A stretch of 36,091 bases of DNA from contig JABGWN010000052.1 of NCBI GenBank assembly GCA_018645535.1, positions 1 through 36,091 on the forward strand. Direction: 5' to 3'. The notes beneath the pieces are model-generated. The model worked only from the letters and a program-made list of their open reading frames with translations. It was not told the DNA's origin and ran no database searches. How positions within the stretch are numbered: the stretch's first letter is position 1; each line of letters starts with the position of its first letter. The stretch is from Methanobacteriota archaeon (lineage in GTDB: Archaea; Thermoplasmatota; Poseidoniia; Poseidoniales; Poseidoniaceae). A program made the position numbers and the translations under genes. Shown here one piece after another: positions 17,758 through 25,866 of the stretch.

Positions 17758-19206
17758 ATGCCGACATTAGGGCAAAACGATTGGAATATGTTTGATGAAA
17801 AGAAAGCATTTCGAGAAATCGAATTGTTGGGTGGTGAAGCCAGAGAAATTCACTGGAAGAATTTCGACTTGATCGTACCTCATACTGTATATCCACCAAG
17901 AGAGGATACCGATCTTCTCGCAAGTGTCCTCGAGAAGGTCACACCCTTTGCCAAAAAGCGGCTTCTCGAAATCGGCAGTGGCTCGGGCGCTCTCTCGATT
18001 TTAGCAGCATCTATTGGATGGGAAGTAGAAGCCTGTGACATCAATCCGTTTGCAGTTGCTGCAACCCGATTCAATGCTCTTGAAAATAAGTTCCAAATCA
18101 TATCATCAGAGGGAGGTATCGGCCCGACCAAAGATGGACGTTCTTCACAATGGATGAAACCCGGCACCTATGACCTCGTGATGTGGAACATGCCTTACAT
18201 TCCTGCAGAGGAGATTGAAGAGTATCTTGGACCGTTGGAAGATGCGGCTTTGGTCGACACACATCCATCAGGTTTGTTGAGCAAGTTTGCTGATATGATG
18301 CGACGATTCCAAATTATTTCCCCTACAGGTCTCGCTCTCATCTTGTGCAGAGAGAACATCGGGGCGCTTCGAACACAAGACATACTTCTTGCAAATGGAT
18401 TAGCAACCCGAAAAGTATCAAAACGTACATTCGATGATGATGAAACCATCCAAGTACTTGCAGCATGGCATCCGTTTGTGAAGTCTAAGAAACAACAAAT
18501 GCATACTGTCCCTTCAACAAATTCGGAAATGCTTGAAGGATCCTACAAGCCAGGCGATTCCCTCCGAACAAGATTCCAAACTGGCGGAAAAGGACGCCAT
18601 GGTCGAACATGGGATGACCATCTTGACTCCTTCAAGGGAAGTTGGAAACTCAATCCTGACCGAATACCGCACATTTCGTCCCAATTGCAGTGCAAAGTTG
18701 CTCTTGAGATTGCTTCATTGCTGCAATCGATGGCGGCTGAGGAAGATGTCCTTCGAGTAAAGTGGCCAAATGATCTCCTCGTGCGGGACAGTAAATCCAA
18801 ACAATGGAAAAAAGCAGGGGGTATTCTCTTCCAATCACTCTCGAGAGGGACAGAACAATCTCTTGTTCTCGGCATCGGGATTAACACAAAAACAACCACT
18901 GATGTTCAAGGACGAGGCTCATTAGAAGAAATAGGGGTTGACCTCGACAATACTGAACTTTTTACCCTTCTTGACACCATTGTATCTTCCCTGTTTGAAA
19001 ACAAATCCAACTTGATGAATGTCTCGAGTGAAAGCACAGAACTCAACCTTGATTTATTACTTAGAGATTGCATCTATAGAAATAAAGAATGCACAGTTCG
19101 TGGTGTTTCTGATGAAGGAGAACTTCAAATTGAATCAGACAAAGGAGAATCCTTCGATATCTCTGATGATCTTAGTCTTCTTTGGCCTCATCTTCAACTT
19201 CAATAA
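17758..19206 (+). CDS. Fusion protein: HemK/Mtq2-like class I SAM-dependent methyltransferase (N-terminal) + biotin--protein ligase BirA-like catalytic and C-terminal domains
   Basis: MTase part: LIVPHTVYPPREDTDLLASVL, the SAM motif LLEIGSGSGALSILAA, and an NPPY-like VMWNMPYIP. BPL part: STNSEML..., the signature RFQTGGKGRHGRTWDD, KWPNDLLV, KKAGGILFQS and LGIGINT. One uninterrupted frame. The first ATG is at 17758; the track start at 17737 is TTG. Confidence 0.75.
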   Translation: MPTLGQNDWNMFDEKKAFREIELLGGEAREIHWKNFDLIVPHTVYPPREDTDLLASVLEKVTPFAKKRLLEIGSGSGALSILAASIGWEVEACDINPFAVAATRFNALENKFQIISSEGGIGPTKDGRSSQWMKPGTYDLVMWNMPYIPAEEIEEYLGPLEDAALVDTHPSGLLSKFADMMRRFQIISPTGLALILCRENIGALRTQDILLANGLATRKVSKRTFDDDETIQVLAAWHPFVKSKKQQMHTVPSTNSEMLEGSYKPGDSLRTRFQTGGKGRHGRTWDDHLDSFKGSWKLNPDRIPHISSQLQCKVALEIASLLQSMAAEEDVLRVKWPNDLLVRDSKSKQWKKAGGILFQSLSRGTEQSLVLGIGINTKTTTDVQGRGSLEEIGVDLDNTELFTLLDTIVSSLFENKSNLMNVSSESTELNLDLLLRDCIYRNKECTVRGVSDEGELQIESDKGESFDISDDLSLLWPHLQLQ

Positions 19207-19690
19207 TGGCATCCAGAATTTCTTCTGGTTCAACAGATTCGTTCATTCTTCTGTATAGACCATATCCTGCAAAAGCAAAACCAAGAAGATACGGGATGAA
19301 ATTTAATCCATAAGCACGAGACAAGTCTACGTCGACCTCTGCATTAACGCCTTCCTCTAGAGTAACAATCCATTCTAATTCTCCTCCATCTGATTCATGT
19401 TCGAGCTCAATATCCCCATCTGCAGAGACAATTTCCTTTTTTTCTTCGACTTCTTTGCCATCCTCAAAAATTTGAATTCGAACTTCAGATTCATTTTCTA
19501 CTAGGACAACAATTTTTACGAAATCCCCGTTGAACGAATTAGACATTCCTTCGAATAGTCCATCATCACCGTTGATTTTTGCAGGTTGATCCCATTCTTG
19601 AATGAATAATGTACCTATGATTAGCGTAACGCCAACGAGCAGAAACACGTCGCTAATCTTCAAAGGGGGAGCAGTCCCACCACCGGCCAT
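19172..19690 (-). CDS. Hypothetical bitopic/2-TM membrane protein with acidic extracytoplasmic domain and acidic C-terminus
   Basis: The ORF has TM helices VFLLVGVTLIIGTLFI and FIPYLLGFAFAGYGLY flanking a D/E-rich segment. ATG is at 19690; the track start at 19702 is TTG. I recognise no family. Confidence 0.45.
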   Translation of the reverse strand: MAGGGTAPPLKISDVFLLVGVTLIIGTLFIQEWDQPAKINGDDGLFEGMSNSFNGDFVKIVVLVENESEVRIQIFEDGKEVEEKKEIVSADGDIELEHESDGGELEWIVTLEEGVNAEVDVDLSRAYGLNFIPYLLGFAFAGYGLYRRMNESVEPEEILDAIIEVEDEAKED

Positions 19691-19726
19691 AGAACACTCC
19701 AAGAGGAATAGAATGAAAATGTTGTC

Positions 19727-20095
19727 CTATTTTTTTCTGACCTTAGGAAGACCCAAACGTTGCCGTACAAGTCGTATCTTTCCAGAGGAAGAGAGCGAAT
19801 ATAGTGTCTCATCCCCATCGTTTTTTGAAAAGGAATCCCGAACCAAGTCATAGTCCACCAAATTTACGCAGACAATACCGATTCCAATCTCTTCTTTCAT
19901 CGATTGAAGTTCGCAATAATTCGTAACAACTTCTGAACCGAAAAAATGTGCGTCATAAAGTCGAAAATGAATTGTTTCGGGAAGGAATTGTCCAAAGTGG
20001 ATCTCAAGTTCTTTCCTAGATTGTATTGAAGAGGGGAATGAGAAACCAATCCAACGTCGTTTTGGCCGTTTTGCTTTTGACAATTTAGCAGCCAT
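19727..20095 (-). CDS. RNase P protein component 2 (Pop5/Rpp14-like)
   Basis: The pattern resembles archaeal Pop5: a basic N-terminus with KRPKRRWIGFSF (cf. KKRYIAF), GIGIVCVNLVDYDLV (cf. GIIRC.R..V..V), and C-terminal SSSGKIRLVRQRL (cf. SGTIK.LK.K). ATG 20095; the track start at 20110 is GTG. Confidence 0.55.
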   Translation of the reverse strand: MAAKLSKAKRPKRRWIGFSFPSSIQSRKELEIHFGQFLPETIHFRLYDAHFFGSEVVTNYCELQSMKEEIGIGIVCVNLVDYDLVRDSFSKNDGDETLYSLSSSGKIRLVRQRLGLPKVRKK

Positions 20096-20179
20096 GGCTT
20101 GCCGTAGCACTCATGATTGAAGAGGATGGCGGAAACGAACCTCAAACAGCCTAAAGAACCCCAACTTTGACGGCATTCC

Positions 20180-21469
20180 ATGGAAGAAGAGACGCCACTT
20201 ACCAAAATGGCCATCATTCGGAGTCTCCTCTCACCATCAACAGCCCCGCACCTCATTCTTCTCGTGATTGCAGCAAGCCTCCTTCATATCATGGCCAAGG
20301 TTGGATCAGAACAGGCGGCAAGCTTCGGATTTATTGCCTTCTCTACAGCCTATATTTTGCTCGCACCTGCATCCAACAAGGAAGTGTTTCGCAAATTAAT
20401 CACATTTGAAAAACAAGAGGATTCGTCATTTGCTGATTCAATGAAGCAGCGATTAAAAATCCTAATCGTACCCACTTCCTTTGGTTTGGTCTTGTGGGGA
20501 ATCATGTCTTTTACCATGGGCGAAGGTAATACCCTCTCTGACGTTGGAACAATCATACCCCCTACGCTGGGTTTCTTATTCGTGGCTTGGGCTGCAGCAC
20601 AAGGATGGTTTTTTGCTTATGCAACCTCAAATTCGATTAAGTCACCAGAGACAGGGACTGTTAAGGATACCTCTACGCACTCCCCAATTCCGTCTTTGAT
20701 AACAACTTCAACGCTGATGGTTGCTATGACGATTCTCGTCACAGAAGCCTTCAGATTCAGCCTTGGAAACAGTTCTTTTAGCGTCTGGCCATATGTTGCT
20801 TCATTTGCAGTGTTTGCCATCAGCGTGAGGATTACCTGGCCCCTTCGGCAAAAAGCCTCTGCCCATACTGCAACGCATGCAGTTGCAAAACGATGGTTTC
20901 ATGTGACTCAACTTTTCATCACTTGGCACGTTCTAAGCATCGTGCGTAGCATCGATTCTGCTTCATCGAATACACTCATATTTATCGAAGAACTCGTATT
21001 GATGATCTTGACTGTTTTCATGGCTATTTGGGCACTAACGAGTAAAGCAGACGGACGCAAATCCACCCTTTTCACCAAAGATAACGCCTTGTTCTGGGGT
21101 GTAGCCTTTGGATATGCATATGCTGGAAGTGTGGCAATGATCACTTCAGTTTTCGATGACTTGACTGCAGTCCTCATCGGAGGACACATCCTTGTTGTTG
21201 CAACAGTTGTATGGGCACAACGCTCGCTACTTGACTCAAGAATCAACCGTATGTTCAAGGATTTTGATATCAAAGAGTCTGTCGAATCAATCGATATCGC
21301 ACCTCTAAAAGAGGAAGAGACTGAGGAGACGACACCTGAAGAAATCCAAACTTCAACAGAAGAAGATGAAACGTTAGAGAGTATAGGCGACCCGGTCGAT
21401 TGGAACCAAAAGCCAGAATCTATTGGTGACGAAACAAACTGGGAAGAGGATGTTGAACTTCTGGATTAA
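20180..21469 (+). CDS. Hypothetical polytopic membrane protein with long acidic C-terminal tail
   Basis: 429-aa ORF with about 9-10 hydrophobic helices. The tail is rich in E/D/T and contains a duplicated ESIGD...W motif. I recognise no family. Confidence 0.55.
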   Translation: MEEETPLTKMAIIRSLLSPSTAPHLILLVIAASLLHIMAKVGSEQAASFGFIAFSTAYILLAPASNKEVFRKLITFEKQEDSSFADSMKQRLKILIVPTSFGLVLWGIMSFTMGEGNTLSDVGTIIPPTLGFLFVAWAAAQGWFFAYATSNSIKSPETGTVKDTSTHSPIPSLITTSTLMVAMTILVTEAFRFSLGNSSFSVWPYVASFAVFAISVRITWPLRQKASAHTATHAVAKRWFHVTQLFITWHVLSIVRSIDSASSNTLIFIEELVLMILTVFMAIWALTSKADGRKSTLFTKDNALFWGVAFGYAYAGSVAMITSVFDDLTAVLIGGHILVVATVVWAQRSLLDSRINRMFKDFDIKESVESIDIAPLKEEETEETTPEEIQTSTEEDETLESIGDPVDWNQKPESIGDETNWEEDVELLD

Positions 21470-22374
21470 TCGTCTGCAATTCCTGATAAAAGCATTACAA
21501 CTCGGATAACTCCCTCGAGTTCGGGAGTTACTCGAGCGCCAAGAATGACTTGTGCTTCTGAGTCTACTGCTGATGTCAACGCCGTTGCAATCTCATCGAC
21601 TTGTCCGATTGTCATGCCGAGTCCTCCTTCAATTTGAAGCAGACAACCTCGTGCGCCGCCGACGTTCATAGGAGCCAGTGGTGCTTTGATTGTGGCTTCA
21701 AATAATTCGTTCAAGTTATCGTGATGCCCCGAACCGACCAGCATAGTCGAGGCTCCAGGCTGACGTACGATTGCCCTCAAGTCCATTAGATCTAGATTGA
21801 TTAAACCCATTGAGAGTAATGTTCGAACCAAGCCATCGACCAAATCCTCGACCCATTCAGAGCCCATACTCCAATCCTTCCCTCTTGTACGAGCCTGTCG
21901 CGCTAGACGTTCCAATGAGAGTTGCACACATACATCCGAATGATGTTCAAGACGTTTTAGTTCGGTTGTAGCAATTTTTAGGCGAGTAGGTTGTTGGGAA
22001 AACGGCAAGGCTGCAATAGAGAGAACTGTTGCTCCGTGAAGTTTAGCTTGTCGTGCAAATTCATGCGAGGCCCCGGTTCCTGTCCCTCCACCAAGTCCGG
22101 TAACGAGAATCACAAGTTCAGCGTTCTCTAAGAATGGGCGTGTACGTGAGGCAAGGCCTCGCATCCTCTGCTCGGCCAGTGGAGGCAAGGCAGCGCAACC
22201 AAGTTGGTCCAGAGTGTGCCCAAGTCTCATGATGTGTCCGTCTTCAGTTTGAGGAAACGATTCATCCGCATCGATCATGAGAAGAGATGCGCCTCCGCCT
22301 CTTGCATGTGCCCTAGAAGCCCATGTGCATCCTAGACCACCAATCCCAACAATGAGGATTTGCGAGGACTCCAT
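21466..22374 (-). CDS. Divergent short FtsZ/tubulin-superfamily protein
   Basis: The tubulin signature LVTGLGGGTGTGAS is intact. The protein is collinear with FtsZ throughout: ILIVGIGGLG (G-box region), LSIAALPF, GLINLDLMDLRAIV (cf. INLDFADV), ASTMLVGSG, GARGCLLQIEGG, IRVVMLLSGI. A strong SD (AAGGAGGGTTC) precedes ATG 22374. At 302 aa it has no C-terminal linker or tail. Confidence 0.75.
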   Translation of the reverse strand: MESSQILIVGIGGLGCTWASRAHARGGGASLLMIDADESFPQTEDGHIMRLGHTLDQLGCAALPPLAEQRMRGLASRTRPFLENAELVILVTGLGGGTGTGASHEFARQAKLHGATVLSIAALPFSQQPTRLKIATTELKRLEHHSDVCVQLSLERLARQARTRGKDWSMGSEWVEDLVDGLVRTLLSMGLINLDLMDLRAIVRQPGASTMLVGSGHHDNLNELFEATIKAPLAPMNVGGARGCLLQIEGGLGMTIGQVDEIATALTSAVDSEAQVILGARVTPELEGVIRVVMLLSGIADD

Positions 22375-22409
22375 GAACCCTCCTTGGGCACAACGCCCTT
22401 GAACTTACC

Positions 22410-22712
22410 TTACTTTTCGATAAATCGCATGTATCGACGACGAGCATCTCGAGCCCAAGCATTATCTGGCTCCAACCCGAGAACTCGATCATAATATCGA
22501 ACAGCGGTCTCGAATTCGGATAGATGACGACCGTAAAGGTGCCCCAGATTAGAGAGTACGGGAATGCAATCATTGTCCACTTCAAGCATTTGTAACAGGA
22601 GTTTTTCTGCAGCACCAAGACTGTTTCGAATCATGAATTCTTCAGCCTCGTCGAGTTGCTCAAGTTGTTCGGTTGATAGGTCATAGATGTTGTCAAATGG
22701 TGTCTCGGCCAT
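22410..22712 (-). CDS. Small TPR-like repeat protein (~100 aa)
   Basis: MAETPFDN...AEKLLLQMLEVDNDCIPVLSNLGHLYGRHLSEFETAVRYYDRVLGLEPDNAWA fits about two TPR units (the LG.LY...A...Y...L...P.N pattern). ATG 22712; the longer track ORF from 22811 has no supporting features. It lies 35 nt upstream of the FtsZ-like gene on the same strand. Confidence 0.5.
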   Translation of the reverse strand: MAETPFDNIYDLSTEQLEQLDEAEEFMIRNSLGAAEKLLLQMLEVDNDCIPVLSNLGHLYGRHLSEFETAVRYYDRVLGLEPDNAWARDARRRYMRFIEK

Positions 22713-22855
22713 GCTTCTGCGAGGCAGGTTGAAGCAATGAATCCTTGCTTTGTTAAAATTTGAAGGCAAAACGCTACACTGCAAGACAATAATATTGTGC
22801 TCCACCAACAATGTTTAAGGGGTCCTTGTTAGTCGAGAACCCATAGGGTATAGCC

Positions 22856-23680
22856 ATGCTAACAACCTCATTCACCAAGCGACGCCCCATTGTCGTCGCA
22901 GTGTTGCTCTTGCTCCTCTTACCAGGGCTCGCCACGTCTCTGCCGACAGGTATTGGCGGTCAACAACAGAACGGAGGGGAAACAATCGACGATGTTGCCA
23001 AAGAAGGTTGCCTTTGCCACAATGGCGTTCCCGCAAATGAGGTTCAAATTATTCTTGATGGCGTTCCATTCGCATGGACTGCTGGAGAAACCTACGATTT
23101 GGATCTCCACATTATTGGCGGGCCAGATGCAGGAGGTCAATACTCGGCAGGATTCGCAATGAGAGTATCGAGCGGAATTCTTTCCGGCATTGGCGCTGAC
23201 AACTGGCAAGAAGATGAACAATCACTCACCCACACTTCTGCATCAGCTGCTGAGTCCGATCGAATGTGGGAAATCTCATGGGTCGCTCCTGCGGAAGGTG
23301 AAGGAACAATCGTTTTCTGGATAACCGGGAACAGTGTTAACGGCGACGGAGGCCTAGGAAATCAAATCGAAGATATGTGGAATCAACTTACGTTTGCACT
23401 CATCGAAGGCGACGAAGAAAGTCTGGCACGAGGCACACGAACTCTCTTCGCTGGTGATGGAAACGTCAGCCCGCCTGAACCATCATCTCTCGGAACTGAC
23501 CTTCACCACATGGGAGCCAAACTCCGAGCCCACTGGCTTGGATTACTGGGCTTCGGAGCGGTCATCATGTGCATTGTGTTTGCAGGACTCATGCTCCGCT
23601 ATGGCTTCTCTACTTCTTACGAAGGGCGAAGCAACCAACTCCGACTACGGTACAAACTCATGAGAAGAGGTGATCAGTGA
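22856..23680 (+). CDS. Secreted, C-terminally anchored Reeler/DOMON-like beta-sandwich protein
   Basis: Signal peptide (RRPIVVAVLLLLLLPGLATS). The order and spacing of GCLCHNG ... AGETYDLDL.I.G ... AGFAMRVSSG ... LTHTSAS ... ISWVAPAEGEGTIVFWITG resembles the Reeler-domain consensus (C..H.G / GF..qA / tH. / .W.AP). C-terminal TM helix WLGLLGFGAVIMCIVFAGLML. The family call is tentative. Confidence 0.45.
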   Translation: MLTTSFTKRRPIVVAVLLLLLLPGLATSLPTGIGGQQQNGGETIDDVAKEGCLCHNGVPANEVQIILDGVPFAWTAGETYDLDLHIIGGPDAGGQYSAGFAMRVSSGILSGIGADNWQEDEQSLTHTSASAAESDRMWEISWVAPAEGEGTIVFWITGNSVNGDGGLGNQIEDMWNQLTFALIEGDEESLARGTRTLFAGDGNVSPPEPSSLGTDLHHMGAKLRAHWLGLLGFGAVIMCIVFAGLMLRYGFSTSYEGRSNQLRLRYKLMRRGDQ

Positions 23681-24126
23681 TGTACGACGATACAATTGAG
23701 AATCTACTGAAGGGTGTTGCTGATGGTTCCATCTCTGTCAAAGATGCACGTACTGCTCTCGAAGGCGTTGAGCTCACAGAAGAGCAAATGGATGCTGCAA
23801 TCGACCATGGAGTCCACAATGTTGCAGAATCAGGTACAATCGTTAGCGCTTCCCTCGCACCATCGGGAGCATCTTACCTCACTATGTTCTTCTTCGCTTG
23901 GGGAATCTTTTGGATATGCTATTGGTCCTTTTCACTCATTTACGGATTGGCCAATGATTGGGATCAACAGAACATGGCATTCCATCTTGCCATGGTCCTA
24001 ACAACGCTCATACTTATGGGGCTGGTTTATCTGAAATTCATCATACCAGACACCATTATCGTAAAACATTCTCAGAACAAATATGTTCCTGAACATCAGA
24101 AAGACTGGAAGGAGTACAAGTGGTGA
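23680..24126 (+). CDS. Hypothetical small membrane protein (soluble N-terminal ~55 aa + 2-3 TM helices)
   Basis: ATG 23680 overlaps the upstream stop (TGATG). The TM segments are YLTMFFFAWGIFWICYWSFSLIYGL and FHLAMVLTTLILMGLVYLKFII. It lies between the Reeler-like and Rieske genes. Confidence 0.5.
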   Translation: MYDDTIENLLKGVADGSISVKDARTALEGVELTEEQMDAAIDHGVHNVAESGTIVSASLAPSGASYLTMFFFAWGIFWICYWSFSLIYGLANDWDQQNMAFHLAMVLTTLILMGLVYLKFIIPDTIIVKHSQNKYVPEHQKDWKEYKW

Positions 24127-24131
24127 TTTCT

Positions 24132-24974
24132 ATGGCAAAAGATTACGATTTAGTTATCCCCGAGTCAAAGACTGGGGCACTCGAAGTTGCAGGAAACGTC
24201 ATCAATCGAAGACAGTTCTTGCGCTACGGGTTTAACACCGCTACAGGCGTTCTTGCTGCATCATTGGGCGTTCTTGGATTTGCATCTATTCTCCTCCCGC
24301 CTGGTGGAGGCACTGCAGGTGACCTGTCTGTCAAATTCTGGGCAAAGGGTCGAGAAGACACAGCATGGTATGGTGCAAAGCACTTACAGACGATGACGAA
24401 GGCTGACTTCGTTGCAGAGGCTGCAAAGACAAACACAGTCACATCTGGAGCCTCAGGTGTTTGGAATGGCGTCCCTGTTGTCGTCACATATGTTGAAAGC
24501 TCAAAGTGGGAAGGAACACCAGAAGACAACAACAAAGCCCGATTCATCATGATGGAAGGTTACGATGAAAGCGGGAAATATGTTGGCCACTTCGAAGACA
24601 TGGTTGCTCAAGACGAGCGAATTTATCCTTCTGACGATCTCATCATGGTTTTCGGAAGATGCACTCACCTTTGTTGCATCCCAGGATGGCAACTCGTTTC
24701 GAACCAATACACAGATGACTCATGGACACCAGGAGGTACTGATGACGGAGGAACCAAACTGTTCTGCATCTGCCACTCATCTCGATTTGATACAACAGCT
24801 CTTGAGATGAATACAAACAGAAACCGTTCAAACGGTTCAACATTCAAGTATGCTGGTGTTCGAAAAGCTGGAGGGCCTGCTCCCGTTGGACTTCCGCTTA
24901 TTCCGATCGTTCTGAACAATGATGTCGTAGAGGGCATTACCGATTATGTCGACTGGCTGACATACTGCGACTGA
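24132..24974 (+). CDS. Rieske [2Fe-2S] iron-sulfur protein with twin-arginine signal/anchor
   Basis: The RRQFLRYG Tat motif is followed by a hydrophobic helix. Cluster boxes are CTHLCC (box I, C-x-H) and CICHSSRFD (box II, C-x-x-H). ATG 24132 is preceded by GGTG; the track start at 24120 is GTG. Confidence 0.85.
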   Translation: MAKDYDLVIPESKTGALEVAGNVINRRQFLRYGFNTATGVLAASLGVLGFASILLPPGGGTAGDLSVKFWAKGREDTAWYGAKHLQTMTKADFVAEAAKTNTVTSGASGVWNGVPVVVTYVESSKWEGTPEDNNKARFIMMEGYDESGKYVGHFEDMVAQDERIYPSDDLIMVFGRCTHLCCIPGWQLVSNQYTDDSWTPGGTDDGGTKLFCICHSSRFDTTALEMNTNRNRSNGSTFKYAGVRKAGGPAPVGLPLIPIVLNNDVVEGITDYVDWLTYCD

Positions 24975-24984
24975 GGTGAATAAT

Positions 24985-25851
24985 ATGACAACAATGTTCT
25001 GGATTCTTTGGTTCTTTATTGCCTTCATTATCGTCTTAGTGGCCTTCACTCTCCGTAAAGAGACTGAAGAAATGCCCCGCCGTGAAATTCTACGTGCAGT
25101 AGAATCAACAGGAGGCATGGGTGTTTCCGAACGAGCATTCCTGTGGGTGTTTTCTTGGATGGATACCCGATTCCGTATTCAAGATTACTGGAACATGTCA
25201 AAAGGTGCCTATTACAACATGCATCGACAAATGCCTCTCACACACGCCGAGAAATACAAACTTCGAATCATTTGGTATTGGTACCCGCTCTACTGTCTTG
25301 GTGGAATTTCCTTCCTGAGTTTCATCGTTCTCGTCATCACAGGAACCGTTCTTGGAATTTACTATGTTCCAGGTGGAGAAGGCGATCCTTCGCCTGCGTA
25401 TGCCTCGATGGAATTCATTATGCTTGAGCTCCCATTCGGGTACATTATCAGAGCAGTGCACCATTGGACGACGCACTTCATGGTAGCATCAGTCTTCCTA
25501 CACATGTGTCGCGTCTACTTCACAGGAGCATACCGAAACCCTCGTGAACTAAACTGGTTAATCGGTGTAGCGCTCATGGCTCTTACAATCGTCTTTGGAT
25601 ACTCTGGCTATCTCCTTCCGTGGGACAGTCTCGCATACGGTGCTGCTGTCATTGGAATTAACCTTGCCAATTCATCTCCATTGATTGGAAAATACATTGC
25701 AACTCTTTTGTTTGGAGGTTCTTCACTGACGCCTCGAACCGTAACCCGTATGTATTTCATACACGTCTTTATTCTACCAGTGATAGTGACCACATTGATC
25801 ATTATTCACTTGTTTATTGTTTGGGTACAAGGCATTGCGGAGCCGCATTGA
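24985..25851 (+). CDS. Cytochrome b6-type (N-terminal half of cytochrome b) with extra N-terminal TM helix
   Basis: Blocks seen: YCLGGISFLSFIVLVITGTVLGIYYVP; helix B RAVHHWTTHFMVASVFLHMCRVYFTGAY; GYSGYLLPWDSLAYGAAVI; helix D RMYFIHVFILPVIVTTLIIIH. It ends ...VQGIAEPH like b6. GAGGTG lies 6 nt upstream of ATG 24985. Confidence 0.9.
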   Translation: MTTMFWILWFFIAFIIVLVAFTLRKETEEMPRREILRAVESTGGMGVSERAFLWVFSWMDTRFRIQDYWNMSKGAYYNMHRQMPLTHAEKYKLRIIWYWYPLYCLGGISFLSFIVLVITGTVLGIYYVPGGEGDPSPAYASMEFIMLELPFGYIIRAVHHWTTHFMVASVFLHMCRVYFTGAYRNPRELNWLIGVALMALTIVFGYSGYLLPWDSLAYGAAVIGINLANSSPLIGKYIATLLFGGSSLTPRTVTRMYFIHVFILPVIVTTLIIIHLFIVWVQGIAEPH

Positions 25852-25866
25852 TACGAGGTGTGACAA

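Noticed and set aside
19172-19206. 35-nt convergent overlap between the BirA-fusion gene end and the 19172..19690 membrane-protein gene end
   Set aside because: It is probably just compact 3'-end overlap. I saw no repeat or structure there, so it is not informative on its own.
22313-22618. Track ORF 22313..22618 (-), bridging the TPR and FtsZ-like genes
   Set aside because: It is out of frame with both better-supported genes, has no motifs, and would destroy the strong SD/ATG context at 22374.
23009-23020. CLCH in the Reeler-like protein as a c-type heme attachment site
   Set aside because: The motif is C-x-C-H, with one intervening residue. Known heme-c motifs are CxxCH or longer spacers, so no covalent heme can be claimed.
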